Positions 1 to 7,822 of a DNA stretch of 26,843 nucleotides are shown piece by piece; position 1 is the first letter of the stretch, and every line of letters begins with the position of its first letter. Both the position numbers and the translations under genes were made by a program. The notes under the pieces were generated by a model, which was not told the origin of the DNA, made no database searches, and was given only the letters and a program-made list of their open reading frames with translations. Origin of the DNA: a virus (Duplodnaviria > Caudoviricetes); the IMG/VR virus record IMGVR_UViG_3300022821_000097, positions 1-26,843 of that record; one strand, given 5' to 3'.

Positions 1-975
1 GGTGGCGGAGGTGTAGATTGAGTTGGCAGATTCGAAAACGACGGGGGTTCCGAAAGAAATGCTCGTGCCGGAGACGGTGCCGACGACGGCTGTGCCGTAA
101 TAGGAATTGCCACCATCTCGGTAGGCAATGACGACTTTCTCGTTTGTAGAGTCAAATGTGGCTGACACATTAGATGTCGATGCTTCTTCAAATACTGATT
201 CGCTACCAAATGTAATCGTCGCATCTGTCTTTACTGGGAATGTAGCTTGCTGAAGCCACGCGACAGGGATTTTTTTAGTGAGGATTCCGTTTTGGATTTC
301 TCCGAAAGCACCGCTCTCGACCCTTTCCTCATCTTCGACTGGCTCGCTCGAATCCCACGCTCGAATCGGGTTCACAAAGCTATTTTCACCAAACGGAATT
401 CTGTCGGTGATTCGTCCTTCGGGCAAATCAAAGTCGCCCGAAAGTTTAAAAGAAAATTCGAGGAACTCCGCACCTTCGGGGATTTCTCCCAGCGAAGCGA
501 GCGATTCAATTTCGATTATTTTCTGAAACTTGTTATTGCCTTGCACGATTTTAATGTCCACGCCTGCACCGAGAGCGTCTTCGTAATCGACCTCATTCTT
601 TCGGATTTTGCCTTTCACTTTCGCGGCTTTCGTCTTTACTTTCGCACCGTCCCACGCCATCCCTTTTGATTTGAAGCCGAGAGTCTTTCCATTCTCCTCG
701 TATTCCCAGCCGTCGACGGCATTTTCCTTGAGTGTGGATTTGAAATTCTCTCCGGTCAGCTCCCAATTTTTACCCTTGAGCTTCACTTTCGCGGGTTTCA
801 TCTCGTCGAAAATCATCTGCTTTACCGCTTCCGCATTTCCGCCGAAAATCTCCTGCGCGTGTAATTCGACCGCAGCGATTTCGGCGTTGGACATTGTGTC
901 CGGCACAAGACCGACAACGCCAGCGAGGGCGACCACGCCAACACTAGCCGAAATGAGGGTTTTTTTAAGTTTCAT
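1..975 (-). CDS. Putative virion/tail or surface protein, partial (runs off the window start); hydrophobic N-terminus, C-terminal beta-rich repeats
   Basis: Not in the ORF track. Manual translation from ATG 975 is open to base 1: MKLKKTLISASVGVVALAGVVGLVPD...WLQQATFPVKTD...ITFGSESVFE...ISFGTPVVFESA. Starts 2 nt after the upstream stop. Confidence 0.7.
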   Translation of the reverse strand, partial: MKLKKTLISASVGVVALAGVVGLVPDTMSNAEIAAVELHAQEIFGGNAEAVKQMIFDEMKPAKVKLKGKNWELTGENFKSTLKENAVDGWEYEENGKTLGFKSKGMAWDGAKVKTKAAKVKGKIRKNEVDYEDALGAGVDIKIVQGNNKFQKIIEIESLASLGEIPEGAEFLEFSFKLSGDFDLPEGRITDRIPFGENSFVNPIRAWDSSEPVEDEERVESGAFGEIQNGILTKKIPVAWLQQATFPVKTDATITFGSESVFEEASTSNVSATFDSTNEKVVIAYRDGGNSYYGTAVVGTVSGTSISFGTPVVFESANSIYTSAT

Positions 976-977
976 AG

Positions 978-2183
978 TTAGGTTTCGTTACCAACTGCCA
1001 CGCATCCCCATTTCGCGGTGACCGTGTTATAAATAAATCCGACCGTCAGCAGTTTGCTCGCGACTGTCGTTATTGGCAAAGCCACTCCGGCGTCTTCAAA
1101 GTCTGAACCCCAAGTTATTGCTCTCGCTGTGTCATCATCTTTTATCCTGAAGATAATTTTCTGAAAATTGGTTTCAGTTCCAGTCATATTAACATCAGTA
1201 ATCGCTGCTGCTAAAGCCGTGATTGTGACTGCATCGTAATTATCTGAATTTACATCTGGAGTTGCATCCGAGGCGAAAGTAGCCACCCTCGCAGTAGTAC
1301 GTTTATTCGTGAAAGTTGAAGTCGAGGAGATGCTAGGAATTACTACACCCTCGACTGCCAAAACACCAGCAGCAGAACGAGAGAGCGTTGTGTCTGTCGC
1401 GTGTCCGAGTTCTAGCGTACCTACTCCGAGAGCCGTCGTCGTGTCGTCCACAAGCCCCGTGAGAGGCAGCCCTGTCGCATTTGTGAGCGTGCCTGCGCTC
1501 GGAGTTCCAATATCCGCAGTTGTGAGTGTAATTCCAGCGAGTGTGAGAGCCGCCGAAGCACGATTAATTGCTACCTGCGTTGTGCCGATATAAAAGTTTT
1601 GGTCATTCGCAGCCAGCGTATTTGTTCCGAGTGGGAGTGTTGAGTTCGTTGCTCCTGTGGTCGTGATCGTGACTGCGTCTGCTCCCGAGAGTGTGAGCGA
1701 ACCGGAAGCCGGAGTGAATCCTGTGACTGTTGCTGCGCTTCCTCCAATGCTGAAGCTCGCCGCCGTGCCGGTGATATTCGTCCCGATGAGCGTCGACGGT
1801 GTGCCGAGGTTCGGAGTTGTCAGCGTGATTCCTGCGAGCGTGAGCGCTGCTGTCGCTCGGTTGATTGCTACTGCTGTCGTTCCGATGTACATCGTTTGAT
1901 TTGGGGCTGCGTAGTCTGTTCCTGCTACCGCTGCTGCGATGTTGGTCGCTCCGTCTGCTTTGACGATTCCTGTGATTGCTCCGACGATTGGGTCTGTCTC
2001 TGATGCCGCACATCCTGTGCAAGTTCCTGAAACAGTCAAATCACCTGGGATCGCTACATTGTTATTGATCGTGGCGTTTGTTCCATCGAAAAACCATCCT
2101 CCGCTGTCGTCGTTAGTTTCAGCAAAAGTTATTCCCGCTGCTGCGAGTAGCCCTAGAAAGACTGGCAGTATATATTTTTTCAT
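978..2183 (-). CDS. Fibre-like structural protein (Thr/Ala/Gly-rich) with N-terminal signal peptide and a duplicated ~45-aa module
   Basis: 401-aa ORF starting MKKYILPVFLGLLAAAGITFA; YIGTTxVAINRAxAALTLAGITLTT occurs twice; located in the structural operon. Confidence 0.65.
   Translation of the reverse strand: MKKYILPVFLGLLAAAGITFAETNDDSGGWFFDGTNATINNNVAIPGDLTVSGTCTGCAASETDPIVGAITGIVKADGATNIAAAVAGTDYAAPNQTMYIGTTAVAINRATAALTLAGITLTTPNLGTPSTLIGTNITGTAASFSIGGSAATVTGFTPASGSLTLSGADAVTITTTGATNSTLPLGTNTLAANDQNFYIGTTQVAINRASAALTLAGITLTTADIGTPSAGTLTNATGLPLTGLVDDTTTALGVGTLELGHATDTTLSRSAAGVLAVEGVVIPSISSTSTFTNKRTTARVATFASDATPDVNSDNYDAVTITALAAAITDVNMTGTETNFQKIIFRIKDDDTARAITWGSDFEDAGVALPITTVASKLLTVGFIYNTVTAKWGCVAVGNET
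1470..1901 (-). repeat. Intragenic duplication, two ~135-bp units (about 1767-1901 and 1470-1604)
   Basis: NQTMYIGTTAVAINRATAALTLAGITLTTPNLGTPS vs DQNFYIGTTQVAINRASAALTLAGITLTTADIGTPS. Confidence 0.85.
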
Positions 2184-2188
2184 AAGAT

Positions 2189-3055
2189 TTAGTTATTTTT
2201 TAATATCTCTAATTCGGGTGTTTCTAGTCCGCTTTTGGTTCTCCATTCCCTCACCTCTTCATAGAGTGCTTTGACTTCATCGAGAGCCATTGTTGCTTTG
2301 ACCTTTTTGGCTTCTAATAGGCTTAACTCTTTTAGGGTTTTAGTTTTCTGCTCTTCGGCTTGTTCTGTCGCACTGATAGCCTTTTTCTCGTCTTCTTTTA
2401 GGTTAGTAATCTTCTCGTTTGTCTCTTTGATCTTTTCGTTGATCTCTTTAAGTTCTGTGTTGGCTTTGTCGTTTCTGGCTTTAAGCTCTTTTACGGTTTG
2501 GAGGTCTTTGCTCAAATCGGCTACTTTTATTTCCAGTTTGCTTTTCTTGTCGCTCCACTCTTTCTTTTCGTCTTCGATATTCTTCTTTTCAGCCTCCGAT
2601 TCATCTTTCTCTTCTTTGGCTTCTTTTAATAGCGCGTTTGATTTGTTTTGAGAGTCTTCTAGTAAAGATGCAGCCTCCTCTCTGCCTTTTTTAATAATTT
2701 CGCTGCTTTTTTCTTTGGACTCATTGATTATCTTTTCGGCTTTTTTCTCGGCTTCGGTTAGTTCTGCTTCTGCTTCCTTTTTTTCTTTATTTACTTTCGC
2801 CAAGTTAGTATTTGTTGTGTTGTATGTTCTTTCTATTTTAGAAAGAGCGTCCTTCCTCTCCTTGTTGTCTTTTTTAAGCTTGGTGTTTTCTTCTAAAAAG
2901 GCTGCGTTTTCGCTTTTGAGGCTTTTATTCATTTTCTCCTCTCCTTCTCTTAATTTCTTAAAAGACTCATAACTGCGCTGCTCTCCAGCTGCTGCGGCTA
3001 GGTGGGTGTTTCGCTCTCTATCTATATCTACTATTTTTTTAATCATCATAAACAC
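2189..3055 (-). CDS. Lys/Glu-rich coiled-coil protein, function unknown (start may be 3049 or 3046)
   Basis: 288-aa ORF with continuous charged helical character; overlaps the upstream gene end. Confidence 0.75.
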   Translation of the reverse strand: MFMMIKKIVDIDRERNTHLAAAAGEQRSYESFKKLREGEEKMNKSLKSENAAFLEENTKLKKDNKERKDALSKIERTYNTTNTNLAKVNKEKKEAEAELTEAEKKAEKIINESKEKSSEIIKKGREEAASLLEDSQNKSNALLKEAKEEKDESEAEKKNIEDEKKEWSDKKSKLEIKVADLSKDLQTVKELKARNDKANTELKEINEKIKETNEKITNLKEDEKKAISATEQAEEQKTKTLKELSLLEAKKVKATMALDEVKALYEEVREWRTKSGLETPELEILKNN

Positions 3056-3470
3056 TTAAAAATGCTGAAATACTGGCAGAGTCATCTGCATCAGTTTTAG
3101 CTGTGATAATAGCGTTGATCCATTTGAAGCCTTGACCTTCTACATTGAGGGTGTAAGTTCCATTGTCGTAAGTTCCACCGCTTGAGAGTGTTAAACCAGT
3201 TGATCCTACGATTGTGGTGTTGGAGTCTTTGATCGTGCAACGAGCGTAAGTCCAAAGATTCGTAGTGCTTGATGCAGCAGTAAAGTCTGGGCAGTCGTCC
3301 TGATTGCTTCCGACGATTTTGACAGTGTAGGAATCACCAGCGGCTAAACCAGCGGCTACGATGTCGATGTATTTTATTGGGTAGCCTGCGACTGCTGCGC
3401 CTGGGGAGTCAATCCCTGTTGCTTGTTTCGCGCTGAGTAGGACGATACCTGTGATTGGTAGTTGAGACAT
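3039..3470 (-). CDS. Small beta-rich putative virion structural protein
   Basis: 143-aa T/S/G/A-rich ORF, tightly packed in the structural operon. Confidence 0.65.
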   Translation of the reverse strand: MSQLPITGIVLLSAKQATGIDSPGAAVAGYPIKYIDIVAAGLAAGDSYTVKIVGSNQDDCPDFTAASSTTNLWTYARCTIKDSNTTIVGSTGLTLSSGGTYDNGTYTLNVEGQGFKWINAIITAKTDADDSASISAFLSVYDD

Positions 3471-3472
3471 AA

Positions 3473-3799
3473 TTATTTGGTTAAATTTACTTTAAGTTTT
3501 TCTAACTTTTTTTGTTCGTGAAGAATCTTTGCTTCCGAGACGAGTATTTTCCCGATCTCCAAAGGAATGTGGACATTTGCGATTACGATGTGTGGCTCTC
3601 CTCCCGGATAGACAGGACAAAGATCACTTTCGGATATTTTTTCGACATTAACGCTAGCGATGATCCCTTTGAATTTATCTAGTTCAGATTCTTCTACCTC
3701 GGGGACTTCGATCGGATCGCCGACTTTAATTTCTGCTTTAACCCAGTCAGGATTATCATCAAGCATCTTTTGCGTGGCTTTTACAGTTTTTTTAGGCAT
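3473..3799 (-). CDS. Hypothetical protein (MPKKTVKATQKMLDDNPDW...)
   Basis: Start revised to ATG 3799, downstream of the intergenic hairpin, with AT-rich leader. Confidence 0.7.
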   Translation of the reverse strand: MPKKTVKATQKMLDDNPDWVKAEIKVGDPIEVPEVEESELDKFKGIIASVNVEKISESDLCPVYPGGEPHIVIANVHIPLEIGKILVSEAKILHEQKKLEKLKVNLTK

Positions 3800-3847
3800 A
3801 TATTTTGAATTAACGGCTTGCGAGCTGGGGCGAGTAAATGTACTAAT

Positions 3848-3869
3848 CACAGCCCCGAACGAGGCTGTG
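3848..3869 (-). terminator. GC-rich intergenic hairpin (terminator or processing stem)
   Basis: Minus strand cacagcctcg-tt-cggggctgtg, just after the stop at 3878; no clear U-tract. Confidence 0.45.
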
Positions 3870-3877
3870 TTAAAACA

Positions 3878-4012
3878 CTATTCAGCTTCCTCGATTGTCG
3901 CGACGAGTTTCTCTTTTTTAGGCTTTTTATCCTTCTCCTCTTTGGGTTCGGCGTATTCATCTACGCCCATTTCGACCAAGTCGGAGTTTCGAGATTTGAT
4001 TTCTTCAGACAT
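3878..4012 (-). CDS. 44-aa charged small protein (MSEEIKSRNSDLVEMGVDEYAEPKEEKDKKPKKEKLVATIEEAE)
   Basis: Manual translation; preceded by ttaacttaaactattATG, similar to the capsid gene leader. Confidence 0.65.
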   Translation of the reverse strand: MSEEIKSRNSDLVEMGVDEYAEPKEEKDKKPKKEKLVATIEEAE

Positions 4013-4030
4013 AATAGTTTAAGTTAAAAA

Positions 4031-4990
4031 TTAAGTAGCTTGAATACCAATAGTCGCAGTAGCAGCACGAGCAGGTGTTACATTAAATACACCAATATCA
4101 GTTGCAATCTTTGTGCAATTAGTAGCCGCTGTGTCTCCTGTTAAACGTATATAGCCTCTTGCTTGTGTGCCTGAATCAATAGCTACGGCTGGAGTTGAAC
4201 CAAGTGGTGCAGCAACAAATTGACAATCATGTAGTTCAAAATCTCTTTCTACATCATTAGAAGCACCTTTAATCATTGCCGTAGCTGTTCCACCTGCAAG
4301 TTTCCAAAATCTGCAATTATGCATGTAAGTATCTCTAGCTACTGCTCCAGCAGCTACAGTTCCTTTTGTTAAAAGCATAGCTGGGCGAATTTTATTACCA
4401 GTGACAGCAGTGGCTAATGAGCCAAATGTACAGTTACTGAATTGTGGAGAATCAATATTATGAACAAATTCTGCATGAGTATCAGAAGCCTGTTTGCCGG
4501 ATGCGTAAAATTCACAATTCGTGAACTTGGTATATTCTCCACCGCCTCCAAAGGTAGCTACGTGCTCAGTTTTAGTATTGCTACTCATAAACTTAATATT
4601 GGCAAAAGAAGTTCTAACGCCAGTATCTTTGAATCCAAAAACATCAGTTGCTGCAGTAGTTACGCCCATTGAAATTTTTGCGTTTTGACCATACAAACGG
4701 TTTGTGCAATCAAGTCCAACAAGGTGGACACGATTTTTAGAACCATCTATCATTGAGGTTATCGTGTGAGTGGAATTACCAATCAGCACGAGAGTGTCGT
4801 CTTTGTTCGTGCGAGCCATAGAATAAGCTTGCGCGATAGTTTTTACAGGTTCTTTCATTGTTTCACCCGTATTGCCGTCACTTCCAGCACCGTAATCAAC
4901 GAAGATATACTTACCGGGAGTAGTCGGAAGTCCACCACCTGCACCGAGCGTTGGAATCCCTGCGACATTTAATGAGCTTAAATCAGTCAT
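4031..4990 (-). CDS. Right-handed beta-helix (pectin-lyase-like) protein, probable head fibre or spike
   Basis: IFVDYGAGSDGNTGETMKEPVKTIAQA N-terminal motif typical of beta-helix proteins; repeated FxNCxF/MHNCRF/LHDCQF rungs; immediately after the major capsid gene. Confidence 0.7.
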   Translation of the reverse strand: MTDLSSLNVAGIPTLGAGGGLPTTPGKYIFVDYGAGSDGNTGETMKEPVKTIAQAYSMARTNKDDTLVLIGNSTHTITSMIDGSKNRVHLVGLDCTNRLYGQNAKISMGVTTAATDVFGFKDTGVRTSFANIKFMSSNTKTEHVATFGGGGEYTKFTNCEFYASGKQASDTHAEFVHNIDSPQFSNCTFGSLATAVTGNKIRPAMLLTKGTVAAGAVARDTYMHNCRFWKLAGGTATAMIKGASNDVERDFELHDCQFVAAPLGSTPAVAIDSGTQARGYIRLTGDTAATNCTKIATDIGVFNVTPARAATATIGIQAT

Positions 4991-5009
4991 TTTATTGTGG
5001 TTAAATTGA

Positions 5010-5032
5010 TGGGGAGGAATTTCGCCTCCCCA
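5010..5032 (-). terminator. Hairpin after major capsid gene
   Basis: tggggagg-N7-cctcccca, perfect 8-bp stem 5 nt after the capsid stop; weak U-tract suggests partial termination. Confidence 0.6.
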
Positions 5033-5037
5033 GATAT

Positions 5038-6051
5038 TTAGAGAGCGTAAGCAGCAGAATCACCACCAGAAACCCAGAATCCACGGAAGTCTTTATTGCC
5101 GACTTTGTATCGAGCAGAAATATCAACAGTGATGTTTTTGTTCGAGTCAGTGACATACGGAGTTCCGAGAGTAAGAGCGCGGCGTGTCCAAAAGGCAGCA
5201 GGAGTGTTCATCGGGTCAATCAAGCCCCAGCGAGTATCCGAACCACCATTGGCAGCAGCCAAGAGCTGTGAAGAGACAGTCGTGAACAAGCCATCGTAGA
5301 TGCTGACATCGTTGTTGGCAGTTCCAGAACGTTTTTCACCTCTTGTTGCGATGATCATTTTTTTCTCGATAGCAGGAGCACCCCAAAGGATGAGTTTGCT
5401 ACGACCATAGTTGAGAGTTTCACCAGCTTTATCTCCTCGTTGAGCCATCAAGGCAAGACGAGCCGTTTCAAGGTTGTCTTCGGTAAACGGAATACCTGTT
5501 GCGGAGGCGTTGCTTTGAGTCCCACCTGTTCCTTTGATTGGATGAATGATTGAACCGAAAGGCACACCATCACCGTAAAAGGTCAAATGGTCAGGCAAAG
5601 ACGCTTGAGCTGTTTGCGAGTAGTTGAACAGATCGAAAGAGTGTTGATTGAGAGTCGTCATCCCAGCGACAAGGAGAGCTTTCGCTCGATCCAATTTCTC
5701 GCTAACAATTTGATCGTCTCGGTCTTCCTCTGTGATCGTAATACCACTCGTATATTTCTCCCACTCGAACTGCGTGACATAAGTCGAGATTCGAGAATCA
5801 GATTTATAGTCAGCACCTTCTGCGGTTTTTTGCAATTTACCAATTGCGCTCACACCCGAGATAGTCTCACGAGCTTTATCGGATGTTTTGTTCTTAAATA
5901 GACTCGATGCCTCGTTTTTATCAACACCTAAGACAGTATCTTTGGCGAGTGCATATTGAGAATCTACTTGAGAAGTTATGTCAGCGAGTTCGGCTGTAAT
6001 TCCTTTAAGGAAGGGGGAGCCGAGAGTCGCCGATGTTTCAATTACAGACAT
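5038..6051 (-). CDS. Major capsid protein (HK97 fold, Mu gpT-like)
   Basis: 337 aa; ITITEEDRDDQ, YGDGVPFGSIIHP, FTEDNLETARLAL, SARYKVGNKDFRGFWVSGG match Mu-gpT-like capsid patterns; follows scaffold and decoration genes. Confidence 0.85.
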   Translation of the reverse strand: MSVIETSATLGSPFLKGITAELADITSQVDSQYALAKDTVLGVDKNEASSLFKNKTSDKARETISGVSAIGKLQKTAEGADYKSDSRISTYVTQFEWEKYTSGITITEEDRDDQIVSEKLDRAKALLVAGMTTLNQHSFDLFNYSQTAQASLPDHLTFYGDGVPFGSIIHPIKGTGGTQSNASATGIPFTEDNLETARLALMAQRGDKAGETLNYGRSKLILWGAPAIEKKMIIATRGEKRSGTANNDVSIYDGLFTTVSSQLLAAANGGSDTRWGLIDPMNTPAAFWTRRALTLGTPYVTDSNKNITVDISARYKVGNKDFRGFWVSGGDSAAYAL

Positions 6052-6079
6052 AGTAGTTTTTAGTTAAAAGATTAAAATT

Positions 6080-6613
6080 TTATTCGAGAACAGAAGCTTC
6101 TTCCGACATTGCGATACTGACAATAAGACGAGTTGAGTCTTGAGGGTCAACACCGTGTGAGTAGAAGTTTGCAGGTGTTCCAATAGTACGAGTAGCAGTT
6201 GTTTCCAAGAGTTGATTGTAATTAGTATTTGACGAATCAACATCAATTTTGCAAAAACCAGAATCCGAGCTAACAGTTGTACCGATTGTTCCACTAACAG
6301 TAGCGGAGTAAAGCGAAGATTCGCTTGTGTCGATAATGACATATTGAGTTCCATCACCAGTGACGCTGGCATTGTCAGCCGAGTGGGCTGTTCCAGCAGT
6401 ATGTGTCGAGTTTGTGATCGGCAGTCCATCAGCATCTACGATGGCGTGGACAATACCTTTGATCGGCTGGGCAGCAGCACCATAACCCGCAGTTCCCGCA
6501 GAATAAGTTTCTACGACAGAGCCGACAGCCACAACATCACTGGTAGTGATGACGATTGGTTCTGTCAGATTGCGTTGTGCGCCGTTGCGTGAGCCTACAT
6601 AATTGAAAGACAT
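6080..6613 (-). CDS. Capsid decoration/cement protein
   Basis: 177 aa, small-residue beta-rich, between scaffold and capsid genes; shares its initiation region with the capsid gene. Confidence 0.65.
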   Translation of the reverse strand: MSFNYVGSRNGAQRNLTEPIVITTSDVVAVGSVVETYSAGTAGYGAAAQPIKGIVHAIVDADGLPITNSTHTAGTAHSADNASVTGDGTQYVIIDTSESSLYSATVSGTIGTTVSSDSGFCKIDVDSSNTNYNQLLETTATRTIGTPANFYSHGVDPQDSTRLIVSIAMSEEASVLE

Positions 6614-6633
6614 TGTAGTTTTGAGTTAAAAGA

Positions 6634-7338
6634 TTAATTATTTACTTTGAGGAATGCCTCTTTTGACACTGCGCTAAGCCCCATTTTCTTTTGTTGAGCG
6701 TTGAATTTCTCGTGTTCTACTGGGTCATATGCTCCGCTTACGCGGTTAGGAGATACCGAGCCTCCTTTGACAGCTCTCATAGAATTGAGATCATCACTTC
6801 TCCGTTTGTCTTCTGCTGTTGGAACTTGGTAGATTCGTTTAGCTTTATCGAGAGCTTCGGTGGCAGTGTAGCCTTTTGTCTTTAGCTCTTCGTATTCTGA
6901 AACGAATGGTTCTCCGTGTTCTTCTGGCAGGAGGCTTTTTGCTTGGTCAAGGAGGATTTGCGTTTTAGTTTCCTCGACTGCTCTTTGCACGAGTTTGTCT
7001 TCATCTGTCTGTTGAGATACTTTTGGAGATAATTTATCTTTCAAGTGTTTCTCCACAGCTTCCCGAAGCTTCCCTAGTGGCAGGTTGTCGATTGAGTAAT
7101 CGTCCCTTAAAGCGATTTTGGTCACTTCGGACTCGATCATCCCAGTCCACACCCTTTTTTTGTGTGCCTCTTCCTCATCGGTTTCCTCTTTCTTTTTCGA
7201 TTCTGCGTTTTCAGCAGTTTCGATTACCGTTTTGGCTTCAGCTTTCTCATCCTCCGTAGAGTCTGGGTCTGCTATCACCGACTCGGCAGCTTCGACGGCT
7301 TTTAGCTCGTCGATGTTGTCGTTGGTTTCACTAGACAT
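6634..7338 (-). CDS. Capsid scaffolding protein
   Basis: 234 aa, acidic N-terminus, helical, upstream of decoration and capsid genes. Confidence 0.7.
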   Translation of the reverse strand: MSSETNDNIDELKAVEAAESVIADPDSTEDEKAEAKTVIETAENAESKKKEETDEEEAHKKRVWTGMIESEVTKIALRDDYSIDNLPLGKLREAVEKHLKDKLSPKVSQQTDEDKLVQRAVEETKTQILLDQAKSLLPEEHGEPFVSEYEELKTKGYTATEALDKAKRIYQVPTAEDKRRSDDLNSMRAVKGGSVSPNRVSGAYDPVEHEKFNAQQKKMGLSAVSKEAFLKVNN

Positions 7339-7358
7339 TTTTATGGGGGGTTAAATAT

Positions 7359-7463
7359 AAAAACCCTGATTTTGTATCAGGGAGGGAGGTTCGTAATCTG
7401 TCAAACCCACCTTGCTAGTAGTTTTGACAGAGACGAACCGCCGTCTCTGATACTAGCAAGGTG
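7359..7463 (-). promoter_or_regulatory. Structured 5' leader of the scaffold-capsid operon with a terminator-like hairpin
   Basis: 13-bp stem 7408-7420/7451-7463; 8-bp inner stem 7428-7435/7442-7449; competing 8-bp stem 7398-7405/7423-7430; then cccugau-acaaa-aucaggg-uuuuu. Confidence 0.6.
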
Positions 7464-7498
7464 TGATTTTCAAGGAGCAAATTTTCTTAATCATTTAA

Positions 7499-7526
7499 AT
7501 GATAATGTATTTTTTATTAAAGTCAA
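7499..7526 (-). promoter_or_regulatory. Sigma70-like promoter for the head operon
   Basis: TTGACT-N16-TATCAT. Confidence 0.45.
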
Positions 7527-7531
7527 ACTTT

Positions 7532-7822
7532 TTATTCAGTCTTGCTTGACTTTCTAGCTTCTTCTTTTTTAGCGGCTATACATCCTTCCCAAAGTATTGG
7601 TAGTTCGCTTAATCCTTTTCTGAACCAATACTCTTCTTGCGGTGTCATTACTATATTTTTTTTGTCTTCAACATGTTCAATGAGTATTCCTGTTATCTGA
7701 TTCAAGACATCGTTTTGAAAGTCTTTTTTATCCCACATTTCAGCGAACTGGATTACTTTTGACCCTGCGATTCTACTGCAATAGTCCTTGTCCAGGGTTC
7801 GCCGCTTTAAGTAGTCCTGCAT
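7532..7822 (-). CDS. Small post-portal protein
   Basis: Start revised to MQDYLKRR at 7822, overlapping the portal end; usual position between portal and scaffold. Confidence 0.6.
   Translation of the reverse strand: MQDYLKRRTLDKDYCSRIAGSKVIQFAEMWDKKDFQNDVLNQITGILIEHVEDKKNIVMTPQEEYWFRKGLSELPILWEGCIAAKKEEARKSSKTE

Noticed and set aside
2189-3055. Tape measure protein
   Set aside because: Short and highly charged, with no tail tube or chaperone genes nearby.
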